Shown: positions 16,542-26,425, numbered from the stretch's first letter. The stretch: 64,000 nt of DNA from Chitinophagaceae bacterium (GCA_031368105.1 JANLQY010000121.1:7975-71974), one strand, 5' to 3'. The notes: generated by a model not told the origin, from the letters alone. Made by a program: numbers and translations.

Positions 16542-19500
16542 ATGAAGACATTTATTATTGCTATACTGTGCCTTATTTCTGTTACCGATATTTTTGCAAC
16601 ACATATTGTAGGGGGTGAGCTTTATTATACTTACCTGGGAGCTGGCTCATCCGCTGGCAGAAGCAGGTACAGTGTTACACTAAGGTTGTTTACAGAATGT
16701 GATCAGCCTTGTGGTGCTGGTACCAGTACCGCCTGTCCACCGACCTCAGTTATTGTTGGCATATTCAATAACAATTCCCCTTTCGACCGGATGCAGAATA
16801 TAACTTTACCGCTTACTGAAAATCCAAGGATTAATTTAACTACCTATTCGCCCTGCCTTACAAGCAATCCAATAATTTGTTATAAAGTAAATACCTATTC
16901 GGCCAATGTTGAATTGGATGATAACAATGCCGGCTATCGATTAAGTTATCAAAATTGCTGCAGGGCAAACACGCTGAATGTTGTTGCAAATGCTCCCACA
17001 ATCAGCAGCATCCCCGGTGCTACTTATGAAACGATCATTCCGGGAACACAACAATTGCCGGCAGGCCATAATTCAAATGCAGTAGTGAGGTTAAAAGATA
17101 CCACACTGGTTTGTAAAGGTAGCCCTATCAGGCTCGACTTTGGTGGCGATGATCCGGATGGTGATTCACTCAGTTATCAATTTGCTGCAGCGTATGATGG
17201 TGGATCTTTCGCTTCAAATTTAGATCAGCAACCTGATATTCCATTATACAACACCGTTACTTATGCTGGTGGCTACTCCGGCTCGTCCCCACTGGGTTCC
17301 GGGGCATTTATTAATCCACAAACAGGATTGATAACCGGGCTTTCTCCCGCTACTCCCGGGGAGTATGTGGTGAATGTAATTGTGAGGGAATGGCGAAACG
17401 GCGTAGTAATAGCAGAACACAGAAAAGATTTTTTGCTTACGGTAAATGACTGTGTTATCCCCTCTGCTAAATCAAATCCATTAGACAAAACCTGTGATGG
17501 TTTTACCAGGAATTTCACCAATAGCGGCAGCAATGCAAATGTACAAACCTGGTTCTGGGATTTTGGAATACCCTTACGCAGAAATGATACATCCAATGTG
17601 CAGAATCCAACTTTTACTTATCCTGATACCGGCGTATTTAATGTAACACTGATTGTAAACCGGGGAACAGATTGCACCGATACAGATGTAGTGGTGATAA
17701 AAGTTTACCCTGGATTTTTTCCGGGCTTTAATGTAAACCCACCTTACTGTAAAGGCGTACCCGTGCAGTTTACAGACCAGACAATAAGCAACTACGGCAC
17801 CCCTACCGGATGGCACTGGAACTTTGGCAACCCTGCTGCCAGCAACGATACCAGTAATCAGAAAAATCCAACCTATACTTATCCGAGTGCAGGCACTTAC
17901 ACTATTAAGCTGGTGGTGAGCAATACCTTTGGCTGCACCGACAGCACCACCCGGGACGTAACCATCAATGATAACCCACCGCTTAAAGTAACACCAAAAG
18001 ATACCACCTACTGCAGCCTTGATTCGGTGACACTAACGGCAACAGGTACAGGCAATTTTAGCTGGACACCTGCCGGCAATATCATCGGCGCCAATACTGC
18101 CAGTCCAACAGTTTTTCCGGCAGTTGCCACTAAATATTTTGTAACCCTTGCTGATAACGGCTGTACAAGCAAGGATTCTGTAAGGGTTAATCCTGTAAAC
18201 AATGTTACCAACAGCATTACTGCTTCTGCCAGTTCCATTTGCGAAGATGATACGCTTACACTTACTGCCAACGGCAATTATACCAACAGCCTTACCTGGC
18301 AGTGGAGCCCTGCAGGTTCTGTGGCAAACAGCACAGCAAAAATCACCAAAGCATTTCCTGCTGTCAATACACAATATACTTTAACCACTCACTGGGGCAA
18401 GTGTGTTGCCACTGCTACGCAAAACGTTATTGTAAAACCATTGGCCATTGCAAAAGCAGGTCCGGCTACTTATATCTGCAAAGGACAGACCACCGCTCAA
18501 CTGCAGGCCAGTGGCGGCATCCGTTATCAATGGATTCCCACCACCGGGTTAAGCGATCCAAATATTGCCAACCCCATTGCATCACCTACCAAAACCACTA
18601 TTTACAAAGTGCTGGTAGGAGTGGCTGGCTGCACTGCCACCAAAGCAGATTCGGTACTGGTGTTGGTAAGGGAATTGCCCGAAGCGAATTTGGTGGATGA
18701 TACATTGATCTGCTCCATTGATACTTTGCAGTTAAAAACAAATCCTGCAGCCAGTTATGTGTGGAGCCCCAATTACAAGATCAGCAGCCTTACTGCTGCA
18801 AGCCCTTTGGTGAGCCCGGATTTACCCACCACTTACTACACCACACTAACGGATGTGTTTGGTTGCATCAATAAAGATTCTGTTTTTGTAGATGTAAAAT
18901 TATTTGTAACCATTGATGCCGGCAGGGACACTACCATTTGCCGTACCGATACATTTTATTTGAGAACAGTGAGTGATGCTCTCAGTTACCAATGGTCACC
19001 TGCTACTTTTCTCAACAGTGATAATATTAAAAATCCCATTGCCACTCCGCTGGATAGTTTTATTACTTACAATGTGATTGGCAATATTGGCAAATGCCAG
19101 AGCAGGGATAATGTAAGGATCAGGACAGTGACCTACCCTGTTGCCAGCATCAACCCCGACCAGCGTATTTGTTTTGGCAGTTCTGCCACATTGCAGGCAG
19201 GCGGTGGCAGCGGCTACAGCTGGCTGCCGGTTAGTTTTTTAAACAACCCCAACCTTGCTGCACCCATATCTGTAAAACCAACTGTGGATACCCGTTATAC
19301 TGTTTCGGTAACCGACACATTCGGTTGCCCCAAACCTGTTACTGCAAGTACATTGGTAAGTGTTCGTTTGCCGGTGCTGGCTAAAACCGGGCTTGGTAGG
19401 GACACCAGCATTGTGATAGGCCAGTCCATACAAATGAATGCCAGCGGGGGCGACCGCTACTTATGGGAACCTGCACGCTGGCTCAGCGACAATGGTTCTG

Positions 19501-19889
19501 CAAGAGCCATTGCTACACCGGAAGACAATATTACTTACAAACTAACGGTAACCCAGCTCCCAGAAAATTGTACCGGGGTTGACTCGGTAAGAATAAAAGT
19601 ATTTTTACTGCCGCCAAGTTTTTATGTACCCACTGCTTTTTCTCCCAATGGCGATGGCAGGAATGATGTACTGAGGCCAATTACGCTGGGCATGAAATCC
19701 ATCCGCTATTTCAGGATCTACAACCGGCTGGGGCAATTGGTATTTGAAACCACCCAAAAAGATAAAGGATGGGATGGAACTTTTAAAGGCAACCCACAAG
19801 ACCCTGCGGCTTATGTATGGATGGCACAGGGAGAAACTTACAAAGGAGAATTGATTACAAGAAAAGGCAGTGCGGTGCTGGTGAGGTAA
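16542..19889 (+). CDS. Large adhesin-like protein with PKD repeats and a T9SS type B (gliding-motility-associated) C-terminal domain
   Basis: It has a signal peptide and PKD-like repeats (WxWxFGxPxxxNDTSNxQNPTxTYPxxGxYxxxLxV). Many repeats of the form CxGxxxxLxAxGGxxYxWxP follow. The C-terminus reads PTAFSPNGDGRNDVLRPI...GWDGTFKGNPQDPAAYVWM. Confidence 0.85.
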   Translation: MKTFIIAILCLISVTDIFATHIVGGELYYTYLGAGSSAGRSRYSVTLRLFTECDQPCGAGTSTACPPTSVIVGIFNNNSPFDRMQNITLPLTENPRINLTTYSPCLTSNPIICYKVNTYSANVELDDNNAGYRLSYQNCCRANTLNVVANAPTISSIPGATYETIIPGTQQLPAGHNSNAVVRLKDTTLVCKGSPIRLDFGGDDPDGDSLSYQFAAAYDGGSFASNLDQQPDIPLYNTVTYAGGYSGSSPLGSGAFINPQTGLITGLSPATPGEYVVNVIVREWRNGVVIAEHRKDFLLTVNDCVIPSAKSNPLDKTCDGFTRNFTNSGSNANVQTWFWDFGIPLRRNDTSNVQNPTFTYPDTGVFNVTLIVNRGTDCTDTDVVVIKVYPGFFPGFNVNPPYCKGVPVQFTDQTISNYGTPTGWHWNFGNPAASNDTSNQKNPTYTYPSAGTYTIKLVVSNTFGCTDSTTRDVTINDNPPLKVTPKDTTYCSLDSVTLTATGTGNFSWTPAGNIIGANTASPTVFPAVATKYFVTLADNGCTSKDSVRVNPVNNVTNSITASASSICEDDTLTLTANGNYTNSLTWQWSPAGSVANSTAKITKAFPAVNTQYTLTTHWGKCVATATQNVIVKPLAIAKAGPATYICKGQTTAQLQASGGIRYQWIPTTGLSDPNIANPIASPTKTTIYKVLVGVAGCTATKADSVLVLVRELPEANLVDDTLICSIDTLQLKTNPAASYVWSPNYKISSLTAASPLVSPDLPTTYYTTLTDVFGCINKDSVFVDVKLFVTIDAGRDTTICRTDTFYLRTVSDALSYQWSPATFLNSDNIKNPIATPLDSFITYNVIGNIGKCQSRDNVRIRTVTYPVASINPDQRICFGSSATLQAGGGSGYSWLPVSFLNNPNLAAPISVKPTVDTRYTVSVTDTFGCPKPVTASTLVSVRLPVLAKTGLGRDTSIVIGQSIQMNASGGDRYLWEPARWLSDNGSARAIATPEDNITYKLTVTQLPENCTGVDSVRIKVFLLPPSFYVPTAFSPNGDGRNDVLRPITLGMKSIRYFRIYNRLGQLVFETTQKDKGWDGTFKGNPQDPAAYVWMAQGETYKGELITRKGSAVLVR

Positions 19890-20024
19890 TTTGCTTGTGC
19901 TGTTTTGAATTGATAATTAAATAAAATTAGTATAAGGGAAGTGCAAATATAAGAGCTGGCGGAAATACTCAAGCAGCCCTCACTTACCATGAATATTTGT
20001 ATTTTTGGTTCAAAGTAATTAAAG

Positions 20025-20597
20025 GTGCTAAATATTTATATAATTGCAGGCTGTAATGGAGCAGGAAAAACTACAGCTTCTTTTACTGTACTCCCTGAGA
20101 TGTTAGATTGCAAAGAGTTTGTAAACGCAGATGAAATCGCAAGGGGGCTTTCACCTTTTCAACCGGAAAGTGTATCCTTTCATGCAGGAAGAATCATGTT
20201 GGAAAGAATAAATGAATTGCTGGATTCAAAAGTTGATTTTGCTTTTGAAACTACTTTGACAACTCTCAGTTATAAAAATACAATTAAGCTTGCAAGAAAA
20301 AAGGGCTACAAGATTACATTATTGTTTTTCTGGTTAAACGATGTAAATCTTGCAATAGAAAGAGTCAAAACAAGAGTTTCAGAAGGAGGTCATAATATTC
20401 CAGAAGAAGTTATCATCAGAAGATATAACAAAGGACTACAAAATCTTACCAAGTTTTTTATCGACATTTGTGATTACTGGATTGTAATAGATAACTCAAA
20501 TACACCTTACAAATTTATTGCTGAAGGTTCTATAGATGACGAAACAAAAATTTACGACAATACAATTTGGGAACTAATTAAAAGTAGAAAGTTATGA
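20025..20597 (+). CDS. Zeta-toxin-family / COG4185-like P-loop ATPase
   Basis: It has a GTG start and the Walker A motif IIAGCNGAGKTT near the N-terminus. FVNADEIARGL, FETTL and ...RVSEGGHNIPEEVIIRRY are typical of the zeta/PRK-like kinase fold. The surrounding DNA is visibly more AT-rich than its neighbours. Confidence 0.7.
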   Translation: MLNIYIIAGCNGAGKTTASFTVLPEMLDCKEFVNADEIARGLSPFQPESVSFHAGRIMLERINELLDSKVDFAFETTLTTLSYKNTIKLARKKGYKITLLFFWLNDVNLAIERVKTRVSEGGHNIPEEVIIRRYNKGLQNLTKFFIDICDYWIVIDNSNTPYKFIAEGSIDDETKIYDNTIWELIKSRKL

Positions 20598-20761
20598 AAA
20601 ATAGTACCCGGGAAAATTCGGAAATTAAAGAACGAGTTAAAAAAGGGCTTGACCTTACTTTTCAAAAATTACTAAAATCTAAACGCCAGTCCAACGGTGT
20701 TCTGGTACTATCTGAAAACGGAATTATAAAGAAAGTAAAAGCTTCTGACTTACCTGATTAA
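20594..20761 (+). CDS. 55-aa ORF overlapping the zeta-like gene stop by 4 nt (ATGA); possible partner/antitoxin-like protein
   Basis: It is below the ORF-track size cutoff. It reads MKNSTRENSEIKERVKKGLDLTFQKLLKSKRQSNGVLVLSENGIIKKVKASDLPD. The ATGA overlap suggests translational coupling. I recognise no family. Confidence 0.35.
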   Translation: MKNSTRENSEIKERVKKGLDLTFQKLLKSKRQSNGVLVLSENGIIKKVKASDLPD

Positions 20762-20860
20762 TAGTACTTACGCCAACAAAAGATTTGCAAAAGCAGGGCG
20801 GACGGAAGATCAATCAGCTGCATATTGATTTCAAGTTACATTTGTACAACAAAATTTACG

Positions 20861-22063
20861 ATGCAAATGACGACCGATCTAAACCACCCCACCTACACTT
20901 TACGGCAACTCGTTTTATATTTTTTAAAATTAGGCACCACTGGCTTTGGCGGCCCGGTGGCACTGGTAGGATATATGCACAAAGACCTGGTGGAAAACCG
21001 CCAATGGATTTCTGAAGAAGAATATAAACAGGGACTTGCTTTGGCTCAACTGGCGCCCGGCCCTTTGGCTGCACAACTGAGCATTTATTTAGGATTTGTA
21101 CACCACAGAATTTTAGGCGCCACGCTGGCAGGGCTTGCTTTTGTAATCCCTTCTTTTATCATGGTGGTTTTGCTGGGCATTGCTTACAAACTGTACGGCG
21201 GGCTTCACTGGATGCAGGCAGTTTTTTATGGGGTAGGCGCTGCAGTTATCGGAATCATTGCCATGAGTTCTTATAAACTCACCGTAAAATCAATCGGGAA
21301 ATTTACACTTGCTTCTTTCAAAACAAACTGGATACTTTGGTTGTTTTTTGCGGCAGCAGCAGCCACCACTTTTATCACAAAACAGGAACAGGTTTTATTA
21401 TTTGTTGCTGCCGGGCTTTTGTACATGTTTATAAAAGCACCGCCAAAATGGGGGAATAAAAATGGGGCAAACAGTTTTGTGCTTTTGCAAATAGGTTTTT
21501 GGAATTACGAAACTTCAACACTTGAAAAAATTGCCATCTTCTTCACCAAAGCAGGTGCATTTGTTTTTGGCAGCGGCCTGGCCATCGTTCCATTTTTACA
21601 TGCCGGTGTAGTTACAGAAAATCACTGGCTTTCGGAGCAGCAATTTTTAGATGCAGTGGCTGTAGCCATGATTACGCCTGGCCCGGTGGTAATTACAGTT
21701 GGTTTTATTGGATTCCTGATAGCAGGTTTTCCGGGGGCTTCGGTTGCGGCACTGGCTACATTTTTACCCTGCTATTTATTTACCGTTATCCCGGCGCCTT
21801 ATTTTAAAAAAATATCAAAGAACATTTCTATCAAAGCATTTGTGGATGGCATAACAGCCGCTGTGGTGGGGGCTTTGGTGGGGGCGGTATTTGTTATCGC
21901 AGTAAATACTTTTACCCAAAATCATTCTGTAACACTTGACATCCCTGCTGTGCTAATTGCCGCTGCCACTATTTTAGCCTTACTTTACATTAAGAAAATT
22001 CAGGAGACTTATATCATTGCCATTGCAGCAATTATTGGTATCCTACTAAAATTATTTTTATGA
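20861..22063 (+). CDS. chrA: Chromate transporter (CHR family, two-domain ChrA)
   Basis: The duplicated CHR signature is LKLGTTGFGGPVALVGYM in the N-terminal half and FGSGLAIVPFL in the C-terminal half, with ~10-12 hydrophobic helices. The first ATG in frame at 20861 (MQMTTDL) is preferred over the track start at 20825. Confidence 0.85.
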   Translation: MQMTTDLNHPTYTLRQLVLYFLKLGTTGFGGPVALVGYMHKDLVENRQWISEEEYKQGLALAQLAPGPLAAQLSIYLGFVHHRILGATLAGLAFVIPSFIMVVLLGIAYKLYGGLHWMQAVFYGVGAAVIGIIAMSSYKLTVKSIGKFTLASFKTNWILWLFFAAAAATTFITKQEQVLLFVAAGLLYMFIKAPPKWGNKNGANSFVLLQIGFWNYETSTLEKIAIFFTKAGAFVFGSGLAIVPFLHAGVVTENHWLSEQQFLDAVAVAMITPGPVVITVGFIGFLIAGFPGASVAALATFLPCYLFTVIPAPYFKKISKNISIKAFVDGITAAVVGALVGAVFVIAVNTFTQNHSVTLDIPAVLIAAATILALLYIKKIQETYIIAIAAIIGILLKLFL

Positions 22064-22785
22064 AAAGAGCAGACTTTTTAAAATCAGGTGTACTGGTTGG
22101 AACAGCTTCCATTATCGGCACTACCAATGCATTTGCACAAAATTTAACCAATAATAATATTGATAAATTGGTTGATGCAAACGGCAATTATATTCAGCAG
22201 GCATTGCCTTACAGTGAAAATTTTTTAGAGCCTTATATGGATGCAGAAACCCTGCATTTGCATTACACGTTTCATCATGGCGGAGCAGTAAAAGCTGCTA
22301 ACAAAGATCTGGCAATGATTAAAAAATCGCTGGACGATAGCAACCTGGAAACGGTTGACTACTGGACAAAAAAATTAGCTTATCATTTTTCATCGCATGT
22401 GCTGCACTCTATCTTCTGGACCAATCTCACCAATAAACAAAACCTTCCCACCGGGAATTTATTAAAACGGATAGAGAAAAATTTTGGCAGTTATGAAAGG
22501 CTGAAATCTTTAATAGCACAGACTTCTAAAAATGTGGATGGCAATGGCTGGGGCATTTTAGCTTACCAGCCTTACAGCGATAGTTTAACTGTGTTACAAT
22601 GTGAGAACCATGAAAAACTCACACAGTGGGGTTGCATTCCTTTATTGGTTATTGATGTTTGGGAACATGCCTATTATCTTAAATACAAAAACAAACGTAC
22701 TGATTTTGTGGATGCTTTATTTAACCTTATCAACTGGGACAATGCTGCACAACGTTTGGCAGATGCACTGAAATTAACAAGATAA
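22060..22785 (+). CDS. Fe/Mn-family superoxide dismutase with a Tat-like signal peptide
   Basis: The N-terminus is MKRADFLKSGVLVGTASIIGTTNAFAQ. The metal-ligand context is LHLHYTFHHGG, HxLHSIFW and DVWEHAYYLKYKNKR. The start overlaps the chrA stop (ATGA). Confidence 0.9.
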   Translation: MKRADFLKSGVLVGTASIIGTTNAFAQNLTNNNIDKLVDANGNYIQQALPYSENFLEPYMDAETLHLHYTFHHGGAVKAANKDLAMIKKSLDDSNLETVDYWTKKLAYHFSSHVLHSIFWTNLTNKQNLPTGNLLKRIEKNFGSYERLKSLIAQTSKNVDGNGWGILAYQPYSDSLTVLQCENHEKLTQWGCIPLLVIDVWEHAYYLKYKNKRTDFVDALFNLINWDNAAQRLADALKLTR

Positions 22786-23010
22786 TTTCTTTGATAACAA
22801 GGTGACGCTTTGCATTTATTGCTGTTTCACTTTTATATAAAAACAAAGCTGCCGCAACGTTTTCTATACTCAGGCAAAGTTTAAAATGTGCAAAAAAAAG
22901 GCTTGCAATCACTGAAAGCATTTTATAAATTCACAGTCCCGTTCTTTCAAATATTCAGTATTTGTACACGGCGTTTAGTAACAATTTTTTTAACAATTAA
23001 AACTTGTTTT

Positions 23011-23292
23011 ATGTACGCTTTAGTTCACCACCAGATTAGTAAATCAGAAGAATTTCTGGGCATTGTTCAATCAGGAGGAAAATTTCCCGAAGGTTTTGAA
23101 GTGCTTGCTTTTTTACCTGATGTTTCTCACAAAGCAGCCACCTGCATTTGGGAAGCCCCTGATGCGACTTCGCTTAAAAATTTGCTGGAGCCCATCTTAG
23201 GCAACACTTCCGTAAATACCTACCAGGTAATTGACGAGGGTATTGCGCTGGGTTTGTCGAAGCTGAAGGAAGCTGAGCTGCACCATGCTTAG
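23011..23292 (+). CDS. Small hypothetical protein (93 aa)
   Basis: The internal ATG at 23011 (MYALVHHQISKSEEF...) is preferred; the upstream part of track ORF 22888-23292 is low-complexity and hydrophobic, and looks non-coding. No family recognised. Confidence 0.4.
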   Translation: MYALVHHQISKSEEFLGIVQSGGKFPEGFEVLAFLPDVSHKAATCIWEAPDATSLKNLLEPILGNTSVNTYQVIDEGIALGLSKLKEAELHHA

Positions 23293-23300
23293 CAGTAAAA

Positions 23301-23325
23301 AGGCGGCCACGATGGTTGCCTTTTT
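23301..23325 (+). terminator. Candidate rho-independent terminator
   Basis: AGGCGGCCA-CGA-TGGTTGCCT forms a stem (with G-U pairs) and is followed by TTTTTATTT. Confidence 0.5.
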
Positions 23326-23447
23326 ATTTATGAGCCAATTCATATCTGCCTGTATAAAATCCTCCCATTGTTTTTAAAAAAATTTCCCGGCAAAGCAGTC
23401 ACTGCCATTAAAAAGAAATAGTTTTTCTTTGCAGCCTTATAAAAGAA

Positions 23448-24095
23448 ATGTTTATGCTGCAACAGATCACTCCTTACTTTGGTTACCTGGCATCACTGTG
23501 CCTTATCATCGCTTTGCTGGTAAGCAATGATTTAAAGTTTCGCTGGTTCAATACTCTGGGCAATGTATTTTTTATTATTTACGCAATCGTTTTACAGGCC
23601 TTCCCGGTGCTGCTTACCAATGTGATATTGCTTGGCATCAATGCATTTTACCTGATCAAAGTATATCGCCGGCAGGAAAATTTTGACATGCTGGAATTTA
23701 ACGGCGATGAAAAAATGGCGCAGAAATTTTTGCAGTTTTATCAAAAAGATATCACTGTTTACTTCCCTGAATTTAAACCGGGGCAAATGCAACAGCATCT
23801 GAATTTTGTTGTGACCCGTGATTTGGTAATTGCCAATATGTTCAGCGCTACGGTATCGGCCAATGGTGATGCAGAAGTGTTGCTGAACTATACACTGCAA
23901 AAATACCGGGACTATAAAGTGGGCCGATTTATTTTTGAAAAAGAAAGAGATTACTTAGTAGCCAAAGGAATTAAACGTATTATTTATAAAAAAGTAGCCA
24001 ACAAAAATCATGAAGCATTTTTAAAAGTGATGGGTTTTACAAAAGAGCTGATCAATACAGAAGAATATTTTATAAAAAATTTAATTACAGTTTAA
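23448..24095 (+). CDS. Hypothetical membrane protein (three N-terminal TM helices, YgjV-like, plus a soluble C-terminal domain)
   Basis: The hydrophobic N-terminus is ITPYFGYLASLCLIIALLV...FFIIYAIVLQAFPVLLTNVILLGINAFYLI, and the C-terminal ~130 aa are soluble. The assignment is tentative. Confidence 0.45.
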   Translation: MFMLQQITPYFGYLASLCLIIALLVSNDLKFRWFNTLGNVFFIIYAIVLQAFPVLLTNVILLGINAFYLIKVYRRQENFDMLEFNGDEKMAQKFLQFYQKDITVYFPEFKPGQMQQHLNFVVTRDLVIANMFSATVSANGDAEVLLNYTLQKYRDYKVGRFIFEKERDYLVAKGIKRIIYKKVANKNHEAFLKVMGFTKELINTEEYFIKNLITV

Positions 24096-24105
24096 TCATC
24101 ATTTT

Positions 24106-25149
24106 TTATAACTCCACTACCTTTTTTTCTTCATTGCTTTTCACAGCGGCTTCTATCAGCTTCATTACATTGATGCCATCATCGCAGGTAACGGGCATAG
24201 CTGTATTATTTGCGATGGCTTTATATACTTCATCATAGTAATAATAATAATTGCCCTGCTCAGTGGCAATTTTTTCTTTGGTAATGATGCCATCTTTGTC
24301 TGTGTACAGGTAGCCGCTTTCTTTATCCGGCTCTATTCCCCAATCATCAACAGTTGGTTTGTTTCCTGCCAGCAATGCGGCTTCCTGCACATCGCCCCTG
24401 CTTTTAATGAACGATCTTTTTGTACCATGCAAAATAAATGCAGGCAGAGGTTCTCTCACAAACATTCCCGACTTCAACGTTATAATACTGGCTGAGTAAA
24501 ATAACTGCAATTCAAACCAGTCGTCCACTTTGGAATTTTCCCTGGTATTACGTACGCTGGCAAAAATGGATTGTGGCATACCAAATAAAACAAGTGCCTG
24601 ATCAATTAAATGTGGCCCAAGGTCGTTCAGCAAACCTGCACCCGGCCCTGCAGCTTCCTTGTGTTGCTTAGGGCCAATGACAGGTTTAAATCTTTCATAA
24701 CTTAAAGCCGCTTCCACTATCTCACCCAACAGGTTGGCATCTTTAATTTTTTTTACTGTTTTAAAATCACTGTCCCACCTGCGGCTCTGGAACACACTGA
24801 TTTTTTTTCCCATTTTTTCTGAGAGCAATTTTAATTCGACTGCTTCTGCCGAAGTGCTGGTAAATGCTTTTTCAACAACTACATTTTTACCGGCCAGCAA
24901 AGCGGCTTTGGTATATTCATAATGGGAGTAGTTGGGAGTATTTACAATTACAAGTTCAATATCATCATCTGTTAAGATGGATTCTAATGTTGGGTAAGAT
25001 ATTACACCGGGATAAATTTCCTGTATTGATTTTTTACTTCTTTCCCATGCACCCATCAGTTGAAACCCTTTGTGGATACTGATAAACGGGGCATGAAAAA
25101 CTTTGCCCGACATGCCGAAAGAAAGTAATGCTGTTTTGATGGGAGGCAT
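24106..25149 (-). CDS. Gfo/Idh/MocA-family oxidoreductase
   Basis: It has an N-terminal Rossmann region (KTALLSFGMSGKVFHAP...VVNTPNYSHYEYTKAALLAGKNVVVEKAF) and a C-terminal alpha/beta dimerisation domain of typical length. Confidence 0.9.
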   Translation of the reverse strand: MPPIKTALLSFGMSGKVFHAPFISIHKGFQLMGAWERSKKSIQEIYPGVISYPTLESILTDDDIELVIVNTPNYSHYEYTKAALLAGKNVVVEKAFTSTSAEAVELKLLSEKMGKKISVFQSRRWDSDFKTVKKIKDANLLGEIVEAALSYERFKPVIGPKQHKEAAGPGAGLLNDLGPHLIDQALVLFGMPQSIFASVRNTRENSKVDDWFELQLFYSASIITLKSGMFVREPLPAFILHGTKRSFIKSRGDVQEAALLAGNKPTVDDWGIEPDKESGYLYTDKDGIITKEKIATEQGNYYYYYDEVYKAIANNTAMPVTCDDGINVMKLIEAAVKSNEEKKVVEL

Positions 25150-25234
25150 AAAAACTATTTAATGATTAAGTGAATAGTCAATTGTGAATGGTGAATGATG
25201 AGTGCTTTAGAATCACAGAATATCATTCACAATA

Positions 25235-26425
25235 TTATTCCGCATTGGTGGCACCCAGCAAAGCCATAATACTCATGCCAATTTCGATTGCATCTTCATC
25301 AATGTTGAAGGTGGGTGTATGCCCGCCGATCGTAATGCCCTTGGCTACATTGCCTGTACCGAGGCGGAAAAAGCAGGCCGGAATTTTATGAGAATAAAAA
25401 GCAAAATCTTCGCCCCCCATTCTTAGTTCTGTTTCTTCTATCTTGTCTTTGCCCATGAAGCCCGCCGCTTTTTTACTGGCAGCAGCACTCAGCTTTTCGT
25501 TGTTAAAAACATGCGGATAGCCTACGTCAATTTTAATATCAATAGCAGCGCCCATGCTTTCCACCAGTTCTGTTGCCAGCTTCTTTATCAACGCATGTGC
25601 TTTAAAACGCCACTCTTCATCCATTGCCCTGAAAGTGCCCATCAGCTTTACTTCTGAAGGAATCACATTGGTGGTATTGCCACCCTGGAAAGAAGTGATG
25701 GATAACACCGACGGATTAAACGGGTTATTATTTCTGCTGATGATTTGCTGCAATGCTACAATTAAATTGGACCCAATTAAAATGGTATCAGCAGTTAAAT
25801 GCGGCTGTGCAGCATGGCCGCCTTTTGCTTTGATGGTAATATAAATTTCATCGGCACTTGCCATTACCATGCCGCCCCTGAAACTAAGCCTGCCTGTTGC
25901 CAGTGACGGATGCACATGCATACCAAAAATGGTTTGTGGTGCAGGATTTTCCAGCACGCCTTCTTTGATTAAGATACTGGCGCCTCCCGGGTTTTTTTCT
26001 TCGCCGGGTTGAAAAATTAATTTCACCGTTCCTTCCCATTCGTCTTTTAGTTCACTCAAAATTTTTGCTGCTCCAAGCAGGCAGGCAGTGTGTGCATCAT
26101 GTCCGCAGGCATGCATAATGCCCGGCTTGGTTGATTTATAAGCCACGTCATTTTCTTCTATAATGGGCAGTGCATCCATATCGGCCCTTAAGGCCACTAC
26201 CCTTTTGTCCGGGTTCTTTCCTTTTATCAAACCAATTACTCCTGTGGTGGCTTTTATTTCAAATGGAATATTATAAGAAGCTAATTTTTGCTGAACAAAT
26301 TTGGAGGTTGCATATTCTTCATAACTCAACTCCGGGTTGGCATGCAGGTGATGGCGGATACCAATAAATTCATCCGCATATTTTTTTGCCAGGTTTTTTA
26401 TTTGCTTCTCTAATGATTCACTCAC
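25235..26425 (-). CDS. M20D-family amidohydrolase (N-acyl-amino-acid / hippurate hydrolase-like)
   Basis: It contains IRHHLHANPELSYEE, ALRADMDALP, MHACGHDAHTA and FQPGEE, and is 396 aa. Confidence 0.9.
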   Translation of the reverse strand: MSESLEKQIKNLAKKYADEFIGIRHHLHANPELSYEEYATSKFVQQKLASYNIPFEIKATTGVIGLIKGKNPDKRVVALRADMDALPIIEENDVAYKSTKPGIMHACGHDAHTACLLGAAKILSELKDEWEGTVKLIFQPGEEKNPGGASILIKEGVLENPAPQTIFGMHVHPSLATGRLSFRGGMVMASADEIYITIKAKGGHAAQPHLTADTILIGSNLIVALQQIISRNNNPFNPSVLSITSFQGGNTTNVIPSEVKLMGTFRAMDEEWRFKAHALIKKLATELVESMGAAIDIKIDVGYPHVFNNEKLSAAASKKAAGFMGKDKIEETELRMGGEDFAFYSHKIPACFFRLGTGNVAKGITIGGHTPTFNIDEDAIEIGMSIMALLGATNAE

